A stretch of DNA of 64,000 bases, taken from contig CAWAEB010000006.1 in the NCBI GenBank assembly GCA_963781015.1, positions 116,264 through 180,263 on the forward strand, given 5' to 3'. A model generated the notes under the pieces. That model was not told the origin of the DNA. It did not search any database and saw only the letters and a list, made by a program, of their open reading frames with translations. The stretch is from an uncultured Actinomycetes bacterium. Lineage in GTDB: Bacteria > Actinomycetota > Actinomycetes > S36-B12 > CAIYMF01. The translations under genes and the position numbers were made by a program. This document shows, piece after piece, positions 41,052 to 48,856 of this stretch (the stretch's first letter is position 1; each line of letters begins with the position of its first letter).

Positions 41052-43199
41052 ATGCAGGCAGGCCTGTCCAGAGCGCGCTATCCCGCTCTGTTCGTGATCG
41101 GCTGGACCGGCGGTGTCGCACTCGGCTGGGGACTGGCCATTGTGGCGGTGATCCAGTTGCAGGACCTGTCGGACCTGCCCGTCTCCGAACTCGCTCCCCT
41201 GCTCACCCTGGCGGTGCTGGTGTTCATCGCCGAACTGCGCCCCCTGGTCATGACCCAGATCGAGGGCGACCCCGTCTCCATCTCGTGGGCGTTCGTCTTC
41301 GCGGCGCTCTACATCTGGGGACCGTGGCCGGCGCTGGTACTGATCGCCGGCGCCGTGACGACCAGCGAACTCGTGGCTCGCAAGGCTGCCTGGAAGTTCG
41401 CGTTCAACGTCGGGCAGTACACGTTGTCCGTCGGAGCGGCGTGTGCGGTTCTGGCGCTCGGGGGCTGGTGGCCGGAGTCCGGGCCCAGGCCGCTGGACCA
41501 GCTCACCCTCAACGATCTCGGACTGGTCTTCCTGTCCTGGCTGGCCTTCCACCTGCTCAATCTGGCGCTGGTGGCCTGCGTGACCCCTGACCAGTCCTGG
41601 TGGGCCTCGTTCAGCGAGGAGTTCTGGTTCTACACGACCTCCACGTTCGCCGTTCTCGCCCTCTCGCCGCTGGTCGCCGTGGTGGCAGTGGCCAATCCGC
41701 ATTCCTGGGCGCTGCTGCCACTGCTGCTGGTGCCCCTGCTCGCCCTCGAGCGCCAGTCCCAGCTGTCCCAGGAGCGTGAGCACCGCGCCCTGCACGATCC
41801 GCTCACCGGCCTGCCCAACCGGCTGCTGCTCGCCCAGCGGATCGAGGATGCGCTGGCCCGGGCCGCCCGGCCAGGACAGCGTCCGGTCGTCCTGCTACTG
41901 GACCTCGACTCGTTCAAGAACGTCAACGACGGTCTCGGGCACGGGGTCGGCGACGCACTTCTCGTCGATGTCGCCGACCGGTTGTCCACCCTGATGCGCA
42001 CCGGAGACACACTGGCCCGCTTCAGCGGTGATGAGTTCGCGGTGGTCTGCAAGTCCGTGCGAGACGAGGAGGTCGAGAACCTCGTCGCGGCCATCCGCAA
42101 GGCCCTGGCCAGACCGTTCCGGGTCGGCCAGCTGGACATCTCGGTGACGGCAAGCATCGGGGTGGCGCCCGCGACACCGGGAGCCACCCCGCAGTCGATG
42201 CTCCGCGAGGCCGACGCGGCCATGTACCGGGCGAAGGAGGCCGGGCGCGACCAGGCCACCCGGTTCCGCCAGGAGATGCACGACGCCGCGACCGCGCGCC
42301 TGGATGACCAGCTCGGCCTGCGCCGAGCGCTGGAACGAGACGAGCTCCGGGCGCACTTCCAGCCTGTGGTGGACCTGCGCACCGGCGAGCCGGTCGGCTT
42401 CGAGGCCCTGATCCGCTGGCAGCACCCCGATCGCGGGCTGATCGGACCCGATCAGTTCATCGAGCTGGCTGAGGAGACCGGCCTCATCCTGCCGGTCGGT
42501 GCGTGGATGCTCGATCACGCCCTGGGTGCGCTGCAGCGCTGGCGCCGCGAGATTCCCGCCACTCGGGATCTCTGGGTGGCCGTCAACCTCTCGGCGCGCC
42601 AGTTGACTGACCCGGACCTGCTGCACAAGGTGAACCGGGCCCTGGCCGAGACCGGGGTGCCCGCAGCACAGCTGCACCTGGAGATCACCGAGACCGCGGT
42701 GATGCGCTCGCACGAGGTCTCCACCGCCACGCTGGACGCGCTGCGCCACCTCGGCGTGAACCTGATCATCGACGACTTCGGCACCGGCTACTCGTCGCTT
42801 GCCCGGCTCAAGCGACTGCCGGTGACCACGTTGAAGGTGGATCGGTCCTTCGTCGACGGACTGGGCCGGGGGTCCTCGGACGTCTCCATCGTCGACGCGA
42901 TCGTCAAGATGGCCGAGTCACTGGACCTGAAGGTCATCGCCGAGGGGGTCGAGACACGGGGGCAGCTGGAGATACTGGACTCCCTGGGCGTCAGGTGGGG
43001 CCAGGGCTACCTATGGTCGCGTCCGCTGCCCGCTGCGGTGCTCGCCGCGTGGCTGACACCCAGCGTCACGACGACGCGGACCTCGCTTCCCGAGACCCGT
43101 GGCGAGATCGGCACCTTCGGATCATGGTCCACACCATCGACCGTGACCGCCGAGACCCCCGACGATGCCCCGTCCGGGTTGCGCACCTCGATCAGGTAG
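41052..43199 (+). CDS. membrane-bound GGDEF-EAL protein (GGDEF motif degenerate: SGDEF)
   Basis: GGAGGAGG precedes the ATG at 41052. It has about 7 predicted TM segments. GGDEF domain: HDPLTGLPNR...RFSGDEFAVV. EAL domain: EALIRWQHP...DDFGTGYSSL...KVDRSFV...EGVET...GQGYLWSRP. The last ~45 aa overlap the convergent GH94 gene. Confidence 0.85.
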   Translation: MQAGLSRARYPALFVIGWTGGVALGWGLAIVAVIQLQDLSDLPVSELAPLLTLAVLVFIAELRPLVMTQIEGDPVSISWAFVFAALYIWGPWPALVLIAGAVTTSELVARKAAWKFAFNVGQYTLSVGAACAVLALGGWWPESGPRPLDQLTLNDLGLVFLSWLAFHLLNLALVACVTPDQSWWASFSEEFWFYTTSTFAVLALSPLVAVVAVANPHSWALLPLLLVPLLALERQSQLSQEREHRALHDPLTGLPNRLLLAQRIEDALARAARPGQRPVVLLLDLDSFKNVNDGLGHGVGDALLVDVADRLSTLMRTGDTLARFSGDEFAVVCKSVRDEEVENLVAAIRKALARPFRVGQLDISVTASIGVAPATPGATPQSMLREADAAMYRAKEAGRDQATRFRQEMHDAATARLDDQLGLRRALERDELRAHFQPVVDLRTGEPVGFEALIRWQHPDRGLIGPDQFIELAEETGLILPVGAWMLDHALGALQRWRREIPATRDLWVAVNLSARQLTDPDLLHKVNRALAETGVPAAQLHLEITETAVMRSHEVSTATLDALRHLGVNLIIDDFGTGYSSLARLKRLPVTTLKVDRSFVDGLGRGSSDVSIVDAIVKMAESLDLKVIAEGVETRGQLEILDSLGVRWGQGYLWSRPLPAAVLAAWLTPSVTTTRTSLPETRGEIGTFGSWSTPSTVTAETPDDAPSGLRTSIR

Positions 43200-45478
43200 G
43201 TCGCCCCGCGCCACTGCCGGCGCATCGTGAAGCCGTCCCAGTCCCGCGGGATGCACGGGTTCACCACCAGCCCGGTCAGGCAGGGCTGCACGCCCAGCAC
43301 CCATTTGGTGATCGCCGTGTACATCCACCCTGCCGTTCCGGTGAGCCAGGGGTTCTGCGCCTTGCCGAACCACTCGTGGTCGCGGCCGTAGATGAACTGC
43401 ACGTAGGAGTAGGGCTCGGCACCGCGCACGTCGATGTGGTCGTTCTGGTGGTAGGGCAGGATCGAGTCGTAGAAGGCAACGGCCTCGTCGCCGCGGCCCA
43501 GGATGGCCTCGGCGATGACCGGCCAGGCGTTGGGGTGGCTGAAGATCGCGGCGTTCTCCTTGACACCCGGGTATACCCGGGTGACGAACCCGACCGAGTC
43601 GTCCACCTTGGTGAATGCGGGCCAGTTCAGGTGGGTGCCGTACTGCGAGCCGAGCAGCTCACGCACCGAGTCCATCGCGGCCCGACCACGCTCGGGGGTC
43701 GTGATCCCGGCGATCACCGGCCAGGCCTGGTGCTCCAGGAAGATCCGGCCCTCGTCGTTGGCTGCGGAACCGATCCGTGCCCCCTGGCTGGTGAACCCGC
43801 GGATCCACCACGCCCCGTCCCAGAGCTCATCCTCGGCCACTGCGGCGATCCGCTGGAGCTCGGCGAGGTACCGGTCCACGCCCTCGGTACGTCCCAGGTG
43901 CTCGGCCACCTCGAGGAACGCCCGGATCGCCCAGGCGTGCAGGAACGTGACCAGCGCACTCTGGCCGCCGCCCAGGTTCAGGCAATCGTTCCAGTCCGCG
44001 CGCAGGCCCAGCGCCACCCCGTTGTCGCCGACCTGCGCGGCAGTGAAGTCGAGCGCGGCGCGCAGGTGCTCGTACACGGTGGCCGGGGTGCCCTCGGCGA
44101 ACGGAACCTCGAGGTCGAGGAACGCCAGGTCACCGGTCTCCTTGACGTACTCCACGATCGAGGGCACCAACCACAGGTGCGAGTCCGAGGAGGTGTCCTC
44201 CAGGCCGTGGATCAGGTCCGCCCCGGCGGCGGTGGGCACCACCGTCGGTGACGGGATCTCCGGCAGCGGCTCCGCATCCGGATCGAAGGCCTTCGGATCG
44301 AACAGGTGCAGGCCGTAACCCGCCCGGGTCTGGGCGCGGAGCAGCTCCATGATCCGCGCCCGGGTCTTGGTCGGGTTGGAGTGCAGGACGCTCATGACGT
44401 CCTGGGCGGTGTCCCGGTAGCCCAGGCCGGTACGACCCCCGACCTCGACGAACGACGCGAACCGCGACCACTGCACGCACGTCTCGGCCTGCAGCAGCGT
44501 CCACGTGTTGATCATCGTGTCCATGCCCGGGTGCGGGGTACGGATCTGCAGCACGTCCGCCTTGGCCCGCCAGTACGCCCGCAGTGCGGCGAACTCCGCA
44601 TCGACGACCGCCGGGTCGGCGTACTTGGCCTGCATCGCCCGGCCGACCTCGTCGCGGGTTCCGTGGCCCAGGACGTAGGCGATCCTGACCGTCTGCCCAG
44701 GGTCGAGCGTGACGGTGTGGAACAGCGACCCGCAGTGATTCTGGGTCGTTGCGCTGTGATTGCTGCCCCTGCCGCGCTCCACGGCGACCGGATTGGTCTC
44801 GGTGCGGTAGGGGCCCAGGAAGGACTCGCGCAGCGAGTCGTAGGAGTCCGGGGTGCGGCTGGAGGTGAAGTAGTGCGCGGTCCATGGCTCGTAGTGCAAG
44901 TCGTACTCGATGATGCCGTCGTCGTAGGAGGAGCCGGCGGCGTAGAGCGACATCTGCAGGTTCTGGTTGTCGATGGTGATGGAGTGGAAGCTGAACTCCA
45001 CGTAGGTGGCCAGGGTGATCGTGCGCGGTGTGTCACCGGTGTTGGTCAGCCGGACGTCCCACACCTCGAGGGGGTCATCGACGGGCACGAACACGGTCTG
45101 GCTTGCCTGGATCCCACGGTAGGTGGACTCGAAACGTGTATAGCCCATGCCGTGGGCGGCAGTGTGGATCGCGCCACCGTCGGCCCCGGCCGCAGCCAGC
45201 GGCTTGCCGACCGGCTGCCAGGAGATCGACCAGTAGTCCCCATCGGCGTCGTCACGCAGGTACACATAACGCCCGGGCCGATCCAGCGGTACGCCGTTGG
45301 GCCGGAACCGGGTCACCCGCCCGGTCTGCGGCGAGCGGTAGTAGGAGTAGCCACCGCCGTTGTGCGACAGCACCACGCAGTAGTCCTTGGCGCCCAGATA
45401 GTTGGTGAACGAGACCGGCACGTCCGGCCTGTCGATCACGTACTCGTCGGCGTCTGTGTCGAAGTGCCCGTAGCGCAT
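43007..45478 (-). CDS. GH94 disaccharide phosphorylase (cellobiose / chitobiose phosphorylase family)
   Basis: 823-aa ORF. The N-terminus MRYGHFDTDADEYVIDRPDVPVSFTNYLG is close to Cellvibrio cellobiose phosphorylase as I remember it. The catalytic region is LGLRADWNDCLNL. The specificity (Glc vs GlcNAc) cannot be read from the sequence by eye. Confidence 0.88.
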   Translation of the reverse strand: MRYGHFDTDADEYVIDRPDVPVSFTNYLGAKDYCVVLSHNGGGYSYYRSPQTGRVTRFRPNGVPLDRPGRYVYLRDDADGDYWSISWQPVGKPLAAAGADGGAIHTAAHGMGYTRFESTYRGIQASQTVFVPVDDPLEVWDVRLTNTGDTPRTITLATYVEFSFHSITIDNQNLQMSLYAAGSSYDDGIIEYDLHYEPWTAHYFTSSRTPDSYDSLRESFLGPYRTETNPVAVERGRGSNHSATTQNHCGSLFHTVTLDPGQTVRIAYVLGHGTRDEVGRAMQAKYADPAVVDAEFAALRAYWRAKADVLQIRTPHPGMDTMINTWTLLQAETCVQWSRFASFVEVGGRTGLGYRDTAQDVMSVLHSNPTKTRARIMELLRAQTRAGYGLHLFDPKAFDPDAEPLPEIPSPTVVPTAAGADLIHGLEDTSSDSHLWLVPSIVEYVKETGDLAFLDLEVPFAEGTPATVYEHLRAALDFTAAQVGDNGVALGLRADWNDCLNLGGGQSALVTFLHAWAIRAFLEVAEHLGRTEGVDRYLAELQRIAAVAEDELWDGAWWIRGFTSQGARIGSAANDEGRIFLEHQAWPVIAGITTPERGRAAMDSVRELLGSQYGTHLNWPAFTKVDDSVGFVTRVYPGVKENAAIFSHPNAWPVIAEAILGRGDEAVAFYDSILPYHQNDHIDVRGAEPYSYVQFIYGRDHEWFGKAQNPWLTGTAGWMYTAITKWVLGVQPCLTGLVVNPCIPRDWDGFTMRRQWRGATYLIEVRNPDGASSGVSAVTVDGVDHDPKVPISPRVSGSEVRVVVTLGVSHAASTAAGSGRDHR

Positions 45479-45489
45479 CGTGGGTCCTC

Positions 45490-45531
45490 GGGTCGTTGGG
45501 TCGGGGGTCGGGGGTCGGGGGCGGGCGTGGG
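45490..45531 (+). repeat. G-tract array (seven runs of 3-5 G in 42 nt)
   Basis: Sequence GGGTCGTTGGGTCGGGGGTCGGGGGTCGGGGGCGGGCGTGGG. It lies in the 75-bp spacer between the fusion-gene stop (45554) and the GH94 start (45478). It includes 3 tandem copies of GGGGGTC. Confidence 0.8.
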
Positions 45532-45553
45532 TGTGGCCGCAAGGACCGACTGA

Positions 45554-47746
45554 TCAGCCGGCAGTGACGAAGCCGCGCAACCAGGTCAACAACTCAGCGG
45601 CCTTCTCCGGGCTGTCGGCCTCCACGAACAGGCGCAGGGCCGGCTCGGTGCCCGAGAACCGCAGCAGCGCCCAGTTGTCGTCCTCGAGCAGGATCTTCGT
45701 GCCGTCCAGGTGCGAGACGCTGACCACCGGGTAGGCGCCGATGTGGGTCAGCGGCTCGGCCTCGAGCCGTCGGGGCACCTCCAGGCGCATCTCGGGCGTG
45801 GCCGCGACGCTTTCGTCCAGGGCGTAGAGCCGGCCGGTGATCTCGTAGATCATCTCGCGCAACTCGGAGATCCGCTTGCCCGTGCGAGCCAGCATCTCCA
45901 CGACCAGGGCGCAGGCGAAGATTCCGTCCTTGCCCTTGATCCAGCCCCGGATGGTCAGGCCCCCGGAGGACTCCCCACCGAGGACCGCGCCGATCTCGTC
46001 CATCCCGGCGGTCACGTACTTGAACCCGACCCGGCACTCGTAGGACTTCTCCCCGAAGTGCGCGGCCAGTCGGTCGAGCAGGTGGGTCGTGGCCAGGTTG
46101 CGCACCACTCCCCCGGATTCGCCGCGGACCTCATGCAGGTACCAGTAGAGCAGCAGCAGCAGGTCGTTGGTGCTCACGTACTCGCCGGCCTCGTCCACGA
46201 TCCCGATCCGGTCGGAGTCGCCGTCGGTGGCCAGACCCAGGTCGTAGCGACCGCCGCCCTGGGTGATCATCGCGATCAGTGCCGAGAGCCGCTCGAGGTC
46301 CGGTGCGGGGGCGACCCCACCGAACAAGGGGTTGTGCGCAGCGTGGATGAACTCCGTGCGCACCCGCATGTCGTTGAGCACCATCCCGAGCGTGAGCTGG
46401 CTGGTGCCGTACATCGGGTCGACGATCACGTGCAGGTCCGCGTCCTTGGCGGCGTCGACATCGATGACCGTCTCGATGGCGTCGACGTAGGGGTTGGTCA
46501 GCGAGCGCTCCACGATCATGCCTGCTTGTCTGGCCAGGTCGAGGTCCAGGGTGATCACATCGTCGACGCCCAGGGCGTTGGCCTCGTCCTGGAACCGGTC
46601 GGTCTCCTCGTCCAACGGGAGCGAGCCGTCGGCTCGGAAGACCTTCATGCCGTTCCACTCCGGCGGGTTGTGGCTCGAGGTGATGATCACGCCGTAGGCG
46701 GCATTCAGGTGGGGGGCTGCGAAGGTCACCAACGGCGTGGGGACGTCGTCGGGCAGGAGCACGACGGGGATGTTGTTGCCGGCGAACACCTCGGCGGCCG
46801 CCACTGCGGAGTCCCGGGACAGGAAGCGCCGGTCCCCACCGACCACGATCGGCTGGGAGTCCAGGCCCGTGCGGATGGTCTCGTTGGCGATCGCCTGGCA
46901 CAGCCGCCGCACATTGGCCATGGTGTACCCCTCACCGATGACCGCGCGCCAACCCCCGGTGCCGAACACGATGGCGGTGTCGGTGTTCTTGCGGGGCACG
47001 AACAGGCGCTTGAGCACGATGTCCTGGGCCAGGCCGAGCTCCTCGGGGGAGTTGATGCCCTGGACCTCGTCGGGATCGTGGATCTGGTAGCTGTGCACCC
47101 GCCCGCCACGCGTGATGACGCGCCGGGCCAGGTCGGTCAGCCGGTGCTCGCCGGCGGCGACCATCGTGGCGAGCTCGCCGAACAGCAGGTGCGAACTGGC
47201 CAGGTAGCTGCCAACGTTGACCTCGGCAATGGCGTCCTGGGCATCGGAACGGTCGGAGTCCTCCGCGATCGCCACGATCCGGCCCTCTTCACGGACCACC
47301 CGGCCGTAGGCCTCCGGCGCGGTCTCCAGCACCGCAGTGAGCAGGGACAGGTCCGCACCCTTGAGCCGGTGGCGGGTGAAGAGCCCGAGCAGCGATTCGG
47401 AGCGCAGCATCGGGGTGTCGGCATACGTGACCAGCACCTGATCCACGTCGGAGAGCAGGAACCCCAACCCAAGCAGGGCGGCATCGGCTGTGCCGAGCGC
47501 CTCAGCCTGCTCCGCGTAGACCAGGTCGTTGCCCAGCAGGTCACGGATCTGGCGGTCCCCTCGTGCCACGACGACGACGATCCGGTCGGGGTCCACCACC
47601 GCCCGGACGTTAGCCACAGCCAGCTCCACGACGGTCGAGCCGCCCAACGGCCTGGTCAGCAACTCGCGGGAGCTGTCATCGGACCCCGCGGCCAGCACGA
47701 CCGCCGCGCGAATCCCGAATCTGTTGCGTGCACTTGGCGGTGTCAT
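45554..47746 (-). CDS. fusion protein: GlmU-like sugar-1-phosphate nucleotidyltransferase domain + alpha-D-phosphohexomutase (PGM/PMM) domain
   Basis: The N-terminal ~250 aa align by eye with the GlmU pyrophosphorylase domain (QAEALGTADA, VTYADTPML, AYGRVV, EVNVGSY, EHRLTD, EVQGINS). The C-terminal ~470 aa carry the phosphoserine loop TSSHNPPEWNG, the metal loop ATDGDSDRIG and the sugar loop GGESSGG. The start is the ATG at 47746 (GAGGGG upstream) or the ATG at 47809. Confidence 0.8.
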   Translation of the reverse strand: MTPPSARNRFGIRAAVVLAAGSDDSSRELLTRPLGGSTVVELAVANVRAVVDPDRIVVVVARGDRQIRDLLGNDLVYAEQAEALGTADAALLGLGFLLSDVDQVLVTYADTPMLRSESLLGLFTRHRLKGADLSLLTAVLETAPEAYGRVVREEGRIVAIAEDSDRSDAQDAIAEVNVGSYLASSHLLFGELATMVAAGEHRLTDLARRVITRGGRVHSYQIHDPDEVQGINSPEELGLAQDIVLKRLFVPRKNTDTAIVFGTGGWRAVIGEGYTMANVRRLCQAIANETIRTGLDSQPIVVGGDRRFLSRDSAVAAAEVFAGNNIPVVLLPDDVPTPLVTFAAPHLNAAYGVIITSSHNPPEWNGMKVFRADGSLPLDEETDRFQDEANALGVDDVITLDLDLARQAGMIVERSLTNPYVDAIETVIDVDAAKDADLHVIVDPMYGTSQLTLGMVLNDMRVRTEFIHAAHNPLFGGVAPAPDLERLSALIAMITQGGGRYDLGLATDGDSDRIGIVDEAGEYVSTNDLLLLLYWYLHEVRGESGGVVRNLATTHLLDRLAAHFGEKSYECRVGFKYVTAGMDEIGAVLGGESSGGLTIRGWIKGKDGIFACALVVEMLARTGKRISELREMIYEITGRLYALDESVAATPEMRLEVPRRLEAEPLTHIGAYPVVSVSHLDGTKILLEDDNWALLRFSGTEPALRLFVEADSPEKAAELLTWLRGFVTAG

Positions 47747-48098
47747 GAGCCCCTCATCGTCGTCGCCGGTCCGCACATCACGGGCAGGCGGGCACAGGGC
47801 TGTGGTCACCCACCCGGGTGCCGGACATCGCCCGTGAGTCTAGGCCGAACGGGCCGTGTACCCGGTCTGGCCCAGCAGGCCTGGGGTGCGGGTCTTCTGC
47901 CCCAATGAGGGCACGCCATGTCGCCATTCGTGCTTGGAGAGCGCTCATCGGAGGCGGCGATCAGGGTCCGGCGCCGAAGGTCTCGACTCGATCTCAAGTT
48001 CATCACAATGCATGTCGATATCGGAATGCGACCGGCTGACTCCACTGTGTCACTGCCGGACTCAGAGGGAGCAGTCCCACGTCAGAGAGGCACACATC

Positions 48099-48761
48099 AT
48101 GGACGAGTCCCGCCGGCGCCGATTCACCCGCGCTGCCGCCATCCCGATCGGCCTGTTGGCCTCCGGCGCGCTGGTCTTCGCCGGGTCCCAGTCGGCCTTC
48201 ACGGCCACTACGGACAACGCAGCCAACACTTGGACCGCAGGCAAGGCGGAGCTGAAGAACAACGGCGCAAAGGCCACTGCTGCCTTCGACGTCAGCAGCA
48301 CACCGGCGGCCTTCCCGGCCACGGGAGGCGGCACGAACCTCACGATCAAGCCCGGGGACACCGGCTCGAAGTGCATCGTGGTCGCCAACTCGTCCAGCGT
48401 CAATGGGCAGGTGCGGTTCTTCGCCGACAGCGTCGCTGGATCCGTCAATCCGCCAGGTAACGCCGCCCTGACGACCCAGTTGCTCGTGACGGTTGATTTC
48501 GCGGCTGGCCAGTTCCTCGGCTGCACGGCGTTCCCCGCCGCCCCGACCAACGTCTTCGGTGGCGCCGCGGGTGGGCTGGTCGGCGCCATGCCCACCTCGT
48601 ACGCGGGTGCGGCCGCCGGGATCTGGAACCCTGTGGGCGGCGGGGCGGACGACTTCGGGACCTACCGGGTCACCTGGACGCTGCCCAACAACACCACCAA
48701 CGACGCGGTGCAGGGCGGCACGGCCACGGCCGACTTCAACTGGGAGATCCAGAGCACCTGA
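48099..48761 (+). CDS. TasA/camelysin-like secreted protein with SipW-dependent ('alternate-type') signal peptide
   Basis: AGAGAGG precedes the ATG at 48099. It reads MDESRRRRFTRAAAIPIGLLASGALVFAGSQSAFTATTDNAANTWTAGKAEL. This parallels the B. subtilis TasA region GGGTWAAFNDIKSKDATFASGTLDL (A-F-x-D...N-x-F/W-x-A/S-G). The remainder is Gly/Ala/Thr-rich and looks beta-rich. Confidence 0.65.
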   Translation: MDESRRRRFTRAAAIPIGLLASGALVFAGSQSAFTATTDNAANTWTAGKAELKNNGAKATAAFDVSSTPAAFPATGGGTNLTIKPGDTGSKCIVVANSSSVNGQVRFFADSVAGSVNPPGNAALTTQLLVTVDFAAGQFLGCTAFPAAPTNVFGGAAGGLVGAMPTSYAGAAAGIWNPVGGGADDFGTYRVTWTLPNNTTNDAVQGGTATADFNWEIQST

Positions 48762-48856
48762 TCGTCTGCGCACGGCGTGGTCGGGGCTCGCGGCGCTTGG
48801 CCCGCCGGGTCCCGACCAATCGGGCGATCACCACAACCGCCTGTGGAGGGGTGACG

